From: Octopus bimaculoides
Lineage: Eukaryota
DNA: 64,000 bases
Direction of reading: 5' to 3'
NCBI RefSeq assembly: GCF_001194135.2
Contig: NC_069000.1
Span: 1,648,553 to 1,712,552, forward strand
Positions 13,332 through 27,327 of this stretch are shown piece after piece; the first letter of the stretch is position 1, and the number at the start of each line of letters is the position of its first letter. A model generated the notes under the pieces. It had not been told where the DNA came from and ran no database searches. It saw nothing but the letters and a program-made list of their open reading frames with translations. The position numbers and the translations under genes are program-made.

Positions 13332-14815
13332 CCATTCATATACAACAAATGCGTAATGTTAAGACAAGGTGACACACAGAAACATACGTACACACACACA
13401 CGCTCGCCTGTTTGTATATTGGTGTATCCATTTGCTCTTTTACTGGTTTCACTCATTTGACTGTGGCCATGCTGGAGCACCACCTTAAAGGACTTGAACA
13501 GCCCGAGGCTATAGTAGAAGACACTTGCCTGAGGTCCCACGCAGTGGGACTGAATCCATGAACCATACAGCCACACCTGTGCTTACACATATTATGTGTG
13601 TGTGTGTGTGTGTGTGTAGGTGTGAATATGTATGTACACACACATACACACATGATGGGTTTCTTTTAGTTCCTAGCAACCACATCCCCTCACAAGGCAA
13701 TGGTTGGCCAAGGGCTATAGTAAGAGAGAGAAACTTGCCCAAGGTGCCATGCAATGAGACTGAATCCCAAATCATGTGGTCAGGAAGTGAACTTTTTTTA
13801 CAACACAGCCACACCTGCACTTTAATCTAATCTTAATCCAGCATAATCTATTAAATTCAATAACACATGTAGTTTATATCAAGGTCATAACAGTCATAGT
13901 GGCCCTCACCACAGACTTTATAAATCCTTCACCATATTTATTAATCTTTCAGCATAACACTAGCATTTTGCCATCAACCCATTCACTACCACATTTCTAC
14001 TGAAAAATACTTCATTTCAATTAAGTTTGAATATAACGAAGAAATTAATAAAATAACTGTCGTAATTAAGCTGGTGTTTAAAACATAAATTGATTTGTAA
14101 TTCTTCTGGAAGGTTTTAATCAAGAGAACCTTAAAACAGGAAGTTTGTATGATAGAAGCAGGAGCACTCTTGGGCAAGTTGGTATCAAAAGGGTTGACTC
14201 AGATTCAACTCACAGACTCACGTATGAGTAAGATCTTGATTAACTTTAAACTAAAGGGTCGGTCAGCTATTAGAGTTGGTCATACATCACATCCATGTTC
14301 ATCAATAATGACTGAATGATGAAGAATTCCAAGAACTCTAAAGGTCTTGTTGAACCAAGAGTAGTGGCAGGACGTGGCCTTGCCCAAGTTGATTGATATT
14401 TGGGTAAATTGCTTAAAAAGATGCTGACCAAATAATCTTCAGTTGGTCTGAGATGGTTGATTTACTCTTAAGCAAATGTTGAAGGGGATTCATTCAAGTT
14501 GAGCTTCTTAAAAATGCACGGAAAAGAACACCATTCATATACAACAAATGCGTAATGTTAAGACAAGGTGACACACAGAAACATACATACACACACACGC
14601 TCGCTCGCATGTTTGTATACTGGTGTATCCTCTTGCTCTTTTACTGGTTTCACTCATTTGACTGTGGCCATGCTGGAGCACCACCTTAAAGGACTTGAAC
14701 AGCCCGAGGCTATAGTAGAAGACACTTGCCTGAGGTCCCACGCAGTGGGACTGAATCCATGAACCATACAGCCACACCTGTGCTTACACATATTATATGT
14801 GTGTGTGTGTGTGTG
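13332..14815 (+). repeat. Local direct duplication of about 285 bp (13332-13617 and 14531-14815)
   Basis: About 170 nt are identical and the first ~110 nt differ slightly; both copies share the same SINE chimera junction. Confidence 0.9.
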
Positions 14816-15424
14816 TCTGTGGGTGTGTCTCATATTGTAAGTTTTATCGATATTATATATCAAACAAAGGCAAACCGAATGGAGGGGAGGGGGACTATAC
14901 TGATCAAAAGAACAGAGATTTAACAAACTGGATCTGAGTCAGCAAAAATTACACAATAAAGTTCCTGAGTTTGGACAGCTTCAGATGCCATGGAGGTGAA
15001 GGTGAAGAGAAATAGAATGTTTTGGGGACTGACCCATATGACTGCCTCCCTCTCAGAGGCAAGGGGGTCAATCCCTAAATAGTAATATTCACTTTGCTAT
15101 TCCACCAGTTGTCTCCTGCTACCCAGATAAACAAACTTCTTACTGCCAATCGAAGTGGAAATAAGCGGTGTAACAGGCGAGAAAGAAGAGGTATTGTGAA
15201 TATAAGTAGGGTATTCGAGAGAGAACCAATGGGAAGTCGAGTACACAAGGAAACGATTTTAAAAAAGACATAAGAGCATGAGTGTGACAGAGATACAATA
15301 AAATAAATATGGAAATGAATGAATACATATGCTTACTCATACACACATGGATATACATACAATACATATATCATGTGACTGAGCAGACTATCAGATGCTA
15401 CACATCGCTAGTCACAATGCGCTT

Positions 15425-15473
<49 letters not shown>

Positions 15474-15474
15474 G

Positions 15475-15526
<52 letters not shown>

Positions 15527-15622
15527 TACATCCAAAGTAATTCAAAATGAATGGTACAAAAACATACCTGTAGGTGCTATTATGAATATATTGCAAAAAA
15601 TTGTATCGTTCATTTTGAATTG

Positions 15623-15675
<53 letters not shown>

Positions 15676-15680
15676 GATAG

Positions 15681-15731
<51 letters not shown>

Positions 15732-16035
15732 GATAGATAGATAGATAGAGAGATGATCGGTAAAAACCGTTGAGGACACTAGTTCTCTGAAACTAGTAAA
15801 AAAAATGTGTGCATGTGTGTGGGTACTTATTATAACAAAGACCAAAATCAATTAAAGAATGTGTGTGTGTGTATGTGTGTATGGGCAGCCAGATGGATGA
15901 ATAAACAGAAAGATAAATTGATACATAATCAAAGTGCTTCTCCTCCCTTCATCGAATCTCTCCACCCACGGCCACCCTCTTCTCACTGACACACGTGACT
16001 CTTACGAATGAAGGCCACTTATGTTTGTAGCATGG

Positions 16036-16078
<43 letters not shown>

Positions 16079-16144
16079 TCTTTCTCACACACACACATGT
16101 ATGTATAATGTATGTGCATATGCATATGTATACATACACTATAC

Positions 16145-16175
<31 letters not shown>

Positions 16176-16562
16176 TATATAGATGCACTTATAAATACAT
16201 GCAACTGTAAAGCTATTTATTGATTAGTTATTGATTTCCTTCACCAAATACATACACACACACACACACACACACACACCACACACACACACACACCACA
16301 CACACACACATACAGGCGATCCTTTCAGAATCTATCCATCTATCATGAGTGTAAAGCTAAAATTTAGGTTTTTCACAATATTTTCCGTATTCGTAATTCT
16401 TCTTCCTGGGTGAAATAAACTCAGGGATTTCAAGAAAACAACAAAGGAGTGTCTTAAATCACACAGTGCAGTCTTTAAGTAAGATTTTAAGATTCGTTTA
16501 TCATTGGATAAATGAATCATAAAACAGCAGATGTAGTAGTAGTAGTAGTAGTAGTGGTAGTG

Positions 16563-16608
<46 letters not shown>

Positions 16609-16875
16609 CAGTAGAGAGTACACTAATTGAAAATATGAAAGAGAAATGAAGAGTGGTCATGGTTGGATCTGCTTTGACCACAGGTCTGCTAAGTTTGACT
16701 TCGGCCCAGGGCTAAATACTAACAACAACAATAGCACGCAAGTTTCAAGGAGTAAAAAAATATTATCTACAGCGCCACTGCGTTTAGCTTTGTTTCATTA
16801 ATGGCAGTTCAAAGGTGAAAGATTTATGCTACGACAGGGTGTAGGTGTGTGTACACACANNNNNNNNNNNNNNNN

Positions 16876-16907
<32 letters not shown>

Positions 16908-17428
16908 GTGCAACTGTGTGGTAAGAAATTTGCTTCCCAACCACATGGTTCAGGGTTCAGTCCCACTGTGTGGCACCTTGGGCAAGCATCTACTATAGCC
17001 TCAGGCCAACTAAAAGCCATGTAAATGAATTTGGTTGATGGAAACTCAAAGAAACCTGTTGTGTGTGTGTGTGTGTGGTTGGGAAGAAAGATTCTTACCA
17101 CAAAGCCACTCCTGCACACACATATATATATATATGAAATTTTGAATTTAGTTCACAGATCCCCCAGTACTACTTTTGTGGGCCACCAGGGGTCCACAGA
17201 CCACAGGTTAGGAACCACTATGCCATAGGGTCAGGGCCTGAAATTTTGGGGGAATGGGGTTACTCGATGTAATTGATCCCAGCATTCCACTGGTACTTAT
17301 TTTACTGACCCCAAATGGATGAGATACGACACGGACCCTGGTAACATTTGAACTGAATGTAGACAGACAAAATGCCACTGAACGGTTTGTCCAGTGTGGT
17401 CAAGGTTCTACCAGTTTTGCTGCCTTAG

Positions 17429-17460
<32 letters not shown>

Positions 17461-18306
17461 TAATAATAATAACAATAATGTTTACAATTCAAACTAATCA
17501 CAAAGTATTGTTTTACCTGAATGAACCTCGCCCAGTTCCCCCTTCTCCACCCCCTCTTGCTCCACAATTTACATTGTTTACAAATCCTTATTCAAAAACG
17601 TTTACTATCTGACATAATGTACACACAAAATACATTGATTATACACAAACACACCTATGAATGAACACAAAATCGCACACATTTACGTACACTCAGACAA
17701 ACACACACACACACATGTACATGCCTAAATTTTATCAGAATCCAAAAGTCTAAGCATAAAAACCACACACAGAACAATGAGACAATGAAGGAAGCTTCAT
17801 GTTGGTCAGTCTCTCTGCTAGAAACTGTAGTTAAATCTGCCTAAAAATTACAATGAATCACCTTCGAAAAATAAAAACAGATGACGCCTAAGGAAAATGG
17901 AACCCCTGCTTAAATGATGCTTTGACAAAACCCAGAAGATGATCCCAGCTGGAGATCCTCTGATCCTAGTATGTCGGATTAGGGATCAACACAAAACAAT
18001 GTTAACAGATGATCCCCTACGCAAAAATAATATTATTATTTGCCACCCAAGTCATTTTCAAAACAGATGAGAGACTTGCTCCCTTAGGGGTGGTGGAAAG
18101 ATTGAAAACGGGTGGGGATGAGGAAAAAGGAGCAGCCAGGATGGTTGTAGGGTAGCTCTTCCTCTGTAATGACACACGATATAATTATTTATATTTATGT
18201 ATGATCAGACAGCATTAACTTGTATTTATATAACTAATATTTATATAATTATATTACACATGCACACTATACATACATATACACACATATCTATATATCA
18301 TCAACA

Positions 18307-18355
<49 letters not shown>

Positions 18356-18899
18356 GAAGCACAAGCACATACACAGACATATACACATGCAGCAGTAACT
18401 TCTGCCTACCAAATTCAATCACAAAGCTTCGGTCGGCCCGGGGCTATAGCAGAAGACACTTGCCCAAGGTGCTATGCGGTGGGACTGAACCCAAAACCAT
18501 GTAGCTGGGAAGCAAGCTTCCTAACCACACAGCCATACCCATATGAGGTATGTGAGGGTTAGCAACAGGAAGAGCATCAAGGAGTAGAAAATTTGCCTCA
18601 ACAAACTCAGTTCAAACTATGGAAGCAAGAAAAAAATGGACATTAAAACGACGATACATATCAACATATATATATATGCTGATATATCTATAAACATATA
18701 CACATACATAAACACACATATCATCATCATCATCATCATCATCGTTTAACGTCCGCTTTCCATGCTAGCATGGGTTGGACGATTTGACTGAGGACTGGTG
18801 CAACCGGATGACTACACCAGGCTCCATATAAAAGAAAAAAGAGGGGAACATGAAAACAACTGAATTTGTTTTTTAGTACAAGTCTGCTGGATCAGATCT

Positions 18900-19840
18900 G
18901 AACTGGAGCTAGACAACAACAACAAAACAAATCCAATCCATGGACCCATTAGACATAGCAGCCAAATCTCCCTTGATATTAAACCCTACAGTCATAAAAC
19001 AGAGGAGGAACGACACATTGGATAACGTAGACCAAGATACATTATGACTGTAGAAGGGAATCAAACATCAGAATGGTCAGTTTTGGAATGCTTTTGGTCA
19101 CTGGTTACTGGTCTGCTTGGTCAGGGCTGACCTGGGGCTAAATAACCCGCCAAGACAAATTATGACCAGTAACAGTAGTAGATTGAAACACTCGACACGC
19201 TCCACTTGATTTCCATCTGATCGTCACACCCTTGGCTTGTTCTGCTGCTTCTAGCTGCAGCAGACACAAGCTGTGCATTGTACAACAGTGTAGCCAGTGA
19301 CGGATCTGAGCACCCATAACCAAGTCAGCTGATACAGAAATGGCACCAGCATTGCCAAGGTCACTGTGATGACGATGATAACGATGACGACGAATGGCAA
19401 CAAAAACACAAATGTCAATGACGATGTTGTTCAAAGGTGACTTGCTAGAAATAACAGCCAGATTTCCGTTTAAATCACTGTACTGTCTTAACAAAAAGGA
19501 CACATTGTGTAATGTAGTCTTACATACATTTTCTGAAAAATCAGATGGGATGGTCATGGAACACTGATGATAAACCAACTCAATCAGAGCTGGACTGGGG
19601 TTAAACAACATTGGCGTCTACAATGAACCAATGAGGAATCCCCTATGTGATGTTTCAAGGTGCTAGCAATAGCAGCTGAATTTCCCTCAATTCACACCCC
19701 ATCAACTAAAAATAGGGAAAGCTATATCAGATAATATAATCCTAGATATTCTGTCTTGGAATAAAATGAGTGTTTGTGACTGGGCACTTTCGATCATAGG
19801 TTTACTCAACCAGGGCTGACCAAGGATTAAACAACAAGTG
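18900..19840 (-). repeat. Cluster of three same-orientation copies of a further ~200-bp interspersed repeat (also about 1361-1580, 11470-11800, 51100-51290, 54600-54760)
   Basis: Shared ctagaaatagcagccaaatct...atcacaccc...ggatggtcatggctggaatg...gatcagggctgac. Confidence 0.7.
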
Positions 19841-20249
19841 TACTACCAGATGAACAAATAAGGGGAAAAATGTGATCAATGAAGACTGAGCAATTGTTGG
19901 ATTAAAATTTCCTCCAGTGGTGCTTAAAATCCTAAAAACAAGGGAGATAACTCCAATAAGATCAGTTGATTAAAATATAATAATAACCACTGGAGAAGAC
20001 TGGAGTGGATGTAATGTTTAAGCCTTTAGCATTCAGGTCACTCCATCAAATGTATTCGTTCAGATTGCTTTGAATTAATCATGCAATATCTTATAGTTTT
20101 GAGATTTTTTTGACAGGACTATATATTTTTAAAATTATATTTTAGGTAGGATCAGTGTGAGAGGCCAGATCTGGTCAATTAGAATATAAAATAGATAGAA
20201 TATTTGGCCCAGATGTGGTCAATTTAAATTGTAAAGGGTAAAAAGCCAA

Positions 20250-20700
20250 CTGGTGAAAGTAATTGATGGATTTTGATGCTATCAACCATTTCATTTTCCT
20301 ATTTCTGTTGAAGTAGTCTGTCTCTGTTTCAGATATTTTTGAAAATAAAGAATTTAGTAGAATAATTTTGCTATCATTAAGCTGGTGTTTGGAACGTAAA
20401 TTAATGTGAGATTTTGATAGAATGTTTAAATTTAGATCATTTTAAACAGGACACTTATCACAGAACCATAGGTGGACTTAGGCAGGTTGGTATCAAAGGA
20501 ATTAACTTCTCATTTGTTTTGATTATTTTGAAACTAATGAATGTAGTAAAATAGCTTTGTCATTATTAAGCTGGTATTTAAATTATAAACTAACATGAAA
20601 TTTTCATGAAAGACTTTAGTTTAGATCTCTTTAAAAGAGAGAGACAGTTTGAATCATAGAGCCACAGGGTGTCTCAAGTGGGTTGGCATCAAAATGATTA
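20250..20700. mobile_element. Two adjacent copies of a second MITE family ending ...GTTGGTATCAAAAGGGTTAA (also about 14060-14197, partial about 21300-21380)
   Basis: Shared cattaagctggtgtttggaacataaattaa...tttagatcactttaaaacagg...ggttggtatcaaaag among copies. Confidence 0.65.
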
Positions 20701-20833
20701 GGAGAGTGACCATTTCAGACCCTACACTGGCCACTTTCCCAATCACTTTCTTCTAAATTTCTCAATCGTCAACCCCGTCTTAACACAAATACTACTTTCT
20801 CCTTTCATATAAACTATTTTATGAAGTTATTAA

Positions 20834-21057
20834 CCCATTAAGTCCCACTGTCCTATAAATAGGACACTAAATGAGAACACCAAATAAACTATATCACATT
20901 GTCTCGGTGTCCTATTTATAGGACATCGAATATTTCCATTTCTACTTGAAGTAAAGGAGTTTTAATAATTATTTTTTTCCCATTTTAACCTATTTTCAAT
21001 CATCTGTAAAAATTTTAAAGTAATATTCAGAAATTTAAGTATCTGGGACTTAATGGG
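20834..21057. mobile_element. piggyBac-type MITE, 224 bp
   Basis: TTAA|CCCATTAAGTCCCA ... TGGGACTTAATGGG|TTAA: perfect 14-bp TIRs with TTAA on both sides. Confidence 0.85.
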
Positions 21058-24000
21058 TTAAAATCACTTTGTCATTATTGGTTTCAAATTTTGGCACAAG
21101 GCCAGCAATTTCAAGAGAGTGGGGGAGTAAGTCGATTACATCGATCCCAGAGTTCAACTGGTACTTATTTTATTGACCCTGGAAGCATGAAAGGCAAAGT
21201 CGACCTCAGCAGAATTTGAACTCGGAATGCAAAATGGATGAAATGGCACTAAGCATTTCCTCCAGCATGCAAACAATTCTGCCAGCTCACTGTGTAGCTA
21301 ATTCAGTCATCATTAATCTATTGTTTGTAACATGAAACTTTGATGGAAGGCTTAAATTTTGATCACTTTGAAACAAGATGTTTCAGGTGAGTCACTCTGA
21401 AAATGGTTAAACCGCTTCATTGAAGCATATCCTGTTCAGTTGCCAAAACAAAAAGTTATCAATAAACACAGGCATGTGGTGTGTGTGTGTGTGGGGGGGG
21501 AGCCTATTGGCAGCATCAATAATTTGGATGAGTAAGAACACACGTGATTAAATACATATACTAGGCCTTTTAGAATATAGAATTCTCAACCATTTTATAG
21601 GTGACCAGGTGAACTTAGCCACTAGGATAGATATAAAATTATACCAGTCACATACTGAGGCTAATATAAGCCACTACCTCTATTAAAAAAAAAAACCCCA
21701 TAGTTTGTAGTATATTTTTAATGTTTTCAGTAACTGGGCTGCAAATATGATAAAGCATCGTTTTGGATGGATTATTTACTCAACCAGGATCTTAATTATT
21801 CTGATGTCTATTTTATTTGTTGTCCATTGAAATGGCTAAGTTACCCTGACAGCAAAGGGACATAACTTAACACACTTATACACAACATACACAAAAACAT
21901 ATATACACACCTATGTACATATACATTGCATTACATTATTTATATATCACTATATCAACCAGACTATTGGATGTTGTTATACACCACTGACCACAGTGCA
22001 CTTCCTTGCATTGTTGTAGCATTCGAATAATGCCACCCTGCTGAAAAGAATGCCTGGCCATTGCAGGGTTACTCATTTACAACCAAGTGGACTGGAGTAC
22101 ATGATATAAAGTGTCCTGCTTTAGAACACAATGTGCTGTAGGTCTAGGAATTGAAACCACAATCTTCCGATCATAAGTACAAGACCCTAACCGCTATGCT
22201 ATGCCCCTATGTATGTATATTATATGGTATAGTCACACATACATATATACAAGCACACACTCACCCACAGACTGTGTGTGTGTGTGACATACACTTTATG
22301 AATACCACTAGGTTCTGATCTGATGTGGCAAGGTTTCTGAGGTTGGATGCCCTTCCTAATGCCAACCACTCTGAGAGTGTAGTGGGTATTTTTTACATGC
22401 CACCAGCATGGGTGCCACTGACCTGACACTGGCTTTGGCCAAGACTACGGTCTCACTTAGCCTGACATGTCTACACAAGCACGGTATATCACTAAATGTC
22501 ATGGTCACCTGCATTCCAGCTTCCATGCTGGTATGGTTTGACAGGGTCCAGCAAGTCACAGAGCTGTGCCAAGTTCCAGTGTCAGCTTTGACATGGTTTC
22601 TATGGCTGGATACCGTTTCTAACACCAACCACTTTATATATCAGTGCCATGTAAAAAGCACCCAGTGCACTCTGTAAAGTGACTGGCATTAGGAAGGGCA
22701 AAGAGCCATAGAAACCCTGTCAAAACAACATGAAATGAGGCCTGGATAGCTGGCTAGCATCTGTCAAATGGTCCAACTCACCCCAGCATTGAAAACAGAC
22801 ATTAAATAAAGATGCACAAGGAGGTTTCTGCAAGATTCCTTTCTACCAGAATTCTAGTCAGAAAATATTGATCATTTGATATTTTCTGATTGTCAGAGAG
22901 AAAATGCCTTGTGGCCTTTCTTCTGGCTTTTTACATCCCTTATTCAAGTCCCGCCAAGGTCAGCTTTGCCTTCCATCATCAATAAAACATAGTACCAGTC
23001 AAGTACTTGGGTCAATGCTAATTGACCCCAGCAACTAATCCCTCCTACTGGCTCTATGTCTAAATTACAAACCAGAATAATTATTAAGGCAGCGAGCTGG
23101 GACTGATAAAATAAAGGACCAGTCAAGTACTGCGGGTCAATCTCATCAACTAACTCCTCCCTTTCAAAATTGCTTGTCTTTCACTAAATCAAAATTATTA
23201 AACAGGCAGGAAGTTGCTAGAATCTTTAGAGTATTGGACAAAAATGCCTTCTGGCTTCTCTTCCATTCTTTTGTGTTCTGAGTTCAAATGCTGGTGAGGT
23301 CAGCTTTGTCTTTTATCCTCTTGAGGTTGACAAAAACCAAGTACCAAGGATGGTGGTATCAACTAAATCTCACTTGTCAGGCTTAACTTTGACTTTCCTT
23401 TTGGGATAAAATAAATACCAGTGAAATACTGGGGGAGTGATGTAATCGGTTTTACATCCTTTCCTGAATGGGTGCAGCCATAGCTGTGTGGTTAAGAAGT
23501 CTGCTTCCCAGCCATGTGGGTTCTGGTTCGGTTCCACCATGGAGCATCTTGGTGCAAATGCCTTGGGGATTCAACTAAAAATCTAAGTGGATGTGGTAGA
23601 CGGAAACTGAAAGAAGCCCATCATGTGTGTGTGTGTGTAAGTATGTGTCTTGACATCAGATGATGCTTGTGAAACAAGTACCACAGTCATTCAAGTGGTT
23701 GTTCATTTCCAATCTTCTGTGGAAAATGTCAGGCCATGGTGAAATATTACCTTGCTTGGCACCAAGCAATGGTTGGTAATGGGAAAAGCATCTGGCCACA
23801 GAAAATCTGCCCCAATGATTTCTGTCTGACCCATGCAAGCATGCAAAAGAGGACATTATAATAGTGATAATGATGATTCTTGCCAAGGTGGTAGGGTAAC
23901 CTAGGTTAATCATTGTTTTGGTTATTTTTTGGAAGTGGCAGCAACACCGTTGCATAGTCAAAGACTTCATCTTTATGTTTGCACAAGACACCTTCCAACA

Positions 24001-24229
24001 AAGTAAATTCAGTCAGTTAATTCTTTCTCCCATCAAATCTTCCTTGGTTTGCTGAGTGGAAACAAAATATAACAATGCTATAACACTCACACACACACAT
24101 GTGTGTGTGAGTGTTATATAAATGTGAAGACATTTCAGTTGGGAACTTCACCCAACCAAAATGATGAGCAGTGAACACAAACAACACATAAACATTAAAA
24201 AGAACAAAATGATGAAACGGTTAACTCAC

Positions 24230-24824
24230 CAACAGCTGGAGCATCGTAAGAATCTCCGAGTAAGATCTCTGGTGCCGAATAGGCAAGGGAACCACATGAA
24301 GTCTCTAGTTTTTTGCCAGGCTTAAAGACATTGCTAAATCCAAAATCTGTGAGCTTAACGATGCCTAGTTTCTCAAAGAAGACCACGTTTTCAGGCTTGA
24401 GGTCCCTGTGACATACGTGCAACTGGTGACAGTATGAGATGGCATCTACAATTTGCTTAAAATACTTGCGGGCCAGGCTGTCATTAAGCCCTTTATCATG
24501 CTTCATTATGTAATCGTACAAGTCTCCACCGTCACCCAGCTCCAAAATAAGGTACAATTTGGTCTGAGTGTCAATCACCTCATAGAGGCGGACAACATTC
24601 GGATGCTGCACCAATTTCATGCACCGCACTTCCTGGAACAGATGGTTCTTTGACACTTCATCAAGTTTAGTCTTATCAATAACTTTGACGGCGACCTTCT
24701 CGCCTGTGAACACATGCCGGGCCAGTTTCACAACAGCAAAGTGGCCCCGGCCAATCGTGTCTTCCAGGTCATACAGACCAGCAATCTTTCGATCATAGTC
24801 ACCACGCTGCTTACGAGAAGCCAT
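24230..24824 (-). CDS. SNRK: SNF-related serine/threonine kinase, first coding exon (N-terminal kinase domain up to ...YDAPAV)
   Basis: [57 protein letters not shown]...HRDLKPEN...DFG...[22 protein letters not shown] is nearly identical to the SNRK N-terminus as I recall it. The exon ends at a GTGAGT donor in phase 1 (595 coding nt). The remaining exons were not found in the window. Confidence 0.96.
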
Positions 24825-27288
24825 TCAGAATGAAGGGACAATATTTAAAATATAAAAATGAAAGGTAATATATATATATATATATAGATAGATATAGGTA
24901 TGGTTTGAACAATTGGAACAGCAGTTATTTAATGACAAGTGTGTAATGAAAAGGGTGTGGTGAAATAAGAGTACGGTGGGTTAAAAACTGTGGTGAATCT
25001 AAGAATGATGAAAATAGTGATGATGATGAGGATGAAGACGAGGATAAGTGAAAAGGATAGAGAAAAGATATAGATTTCGAGATCGAAGATATGGAAGGGC
25101 CTAGCAAGTAATTAATAACGGTAAAAACAAAATCCGATAACTCCCATAGAAGAAGGCTTAAAATGTCGATGAGAAAGTGGTAAGGACAGGCTGGCAACGG
25201 TTCAAATAGGACACCGGAACAATGAGATTTGATACTTATAAACAAAGGTAGAGTTAAAAGAAAGGAGAAAGTAAAAAAAAGGGGAAAGAAGAGAGAGAAA
25301 GCAGAAACCCAGAGTGTATTCATTTAATAAATAACTAAGGTTTCGTCTTGTATCCTTGGTATTGTTTCTAATAATTAATAAACGAGTTGGGCTTCTGTGT
25401 GTGTTTTCGTTTTTTCGATGAGGGTGGATGGGCGACCAGGAAAACTATAAATGACATTTCAACTAAGTGTTTTGACAAAGGGTAAACCAATGTTTACCGT
25501 CGAAGATCCACCACTATCTGACCGGTTCGTTCAACCCCCAATCATAGGTGGGGGGTTTGTTTCGTACTCGAATCCTGCTGCACCACAGCCACACCACGCC
25601 ACACTCACGCAAACATGAAGAGGTCACATATCGGTAACCAAAAGATTTTCAGACATTACATATTATATAAATATATATCTATGTATGTATGTATGTGTAT
25701 ATAACACATACGTACGCTCACTCACTCACTCGCTTACTGATAAACTACGAACACTAACGCATCTTCTATTTAGATACACACACATAAAGACAGACTGAGA
25801 GAAAGAGAGAGAGAGAGAAAGAATGTCTGTGAAATCCTCCTTGCCAACGAAATGGCAACAACATAAGGAACTCAGAGAATCTAGGGATGAATGGGATAAT
25901 GTGTGGAGAGGAGGTTAGTAGCTGTGGATAAATATAGTCGCGTTTTCCTCAATGAAATACTTCCACTGTTGATGCTACTACTACTGGCATGGTGTTGTTA
26001 GTTACTACTTACTTACTGAGCCTGTTGTTTCCTCTCTCTTCTATCTTATGGCGATGATGATTGAAGTGGTGATGATGCTGGAGGGGAGAGAGAGAGAGAG
26101 AGAGAGAGTGAGGGCGAGGTCCAAAATAACTACTTTTCCTATTTTATCTTTTTCACTTCCTCCTATTTAAGAAAGACAATGATATTACATTTTGTTGTTG
26201 TTGTGTTTTCGTTTGCTTTCATAAAAGTCAAAATAATGGATATCAGGAACGTAACAACGAAACAAAGCAATTTAGAATTGAGATAAGGAGGGGTAGTTTT
26301 TGTTTGTATAGGCTATAGTATGGCTTGGCACGCTATGTTGTGTGTTCTTGTCTTTTACACCTCCTTATAATTTATGCATTTGGTTGTATGAGGAACAGAG
26401 AAATCATTTCATTGCAGAATACGTACATAGACGGTTGGTCGTAGAACGAAATCTCTTGAAGGGAAAAATTTAAGGAATACAACCATAAAGTGAAGGCCGG
26501 ATGGATGGATGGATGGAGAGGAAACTATTTTTTTTCCTAAACCACACCAAACAAGAATCGAAGGTGAATGAGAAAGAAAAAAAAATGAGAAAAATCTAAG
26601 AGTGAGAGAGAGAGAGGAATGAACGAACGAGTCTCTGATAAAACGTTTAGTTTAAAGAAACGAATGGACGTTAAGAAAGAGATCGATGAATGGTTAAATA
26701 AGAAGCGGGGGGGGGGGAGAAATCAATGATTGATTATTTATACGAACAATGTTTTCTTGTTTTTTTTTCTTTGTTAGTCTTTGCTTTGTTTTTGCTCTTT
26801 TCTCTTTTTAAAAACAAAAATAAATACAAGAATTGGTTGAGTATTAAAAAAATCCGTTTTGTCAGACGTGCAAAATACAGTCAGCAGTGCTTGCACTCGG
26901 TTAAGAATGAGTGTGTACTCCTGGGTGGCTCGTTAGTGGTCGAGTTCAATAAAGAATGCAAATACAACGTATACGTTTTACTCCACTCCCAATCCTGGTG
27001 GTTCGACAACGACGACGACGATGCTGACAGTGAGATGACGATGATCAAATAATCTAACGTAACGGCATCCTTCAAAATAGTTTTTGTCATTTCTTATTTT
27101 CTGGACGAAGCAGCAGCTGAGGGGAAGAAGATTCAATATTTATGTTGCTGATGTTATCATTATTATTATTATTATTATTATTTAGCTTCGTTTTCAAACA
27201 GTAGCAACTATATGACAACGGACAACAATTTAATATATGTACAAATACATGTAATCTTGTATCTATATAAATATATCTATATCAACAT

Positions 27289-27327
<39 letters not shown>

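Noticed and set aside
16425-16480. Possible plus-strand exon (DFKKTTKECLKSHSAVF) ending at GTAAGA
   Set aside because: Weak acceptor and no recognisable homology; such sites arise by chance in AT-rich DNA.
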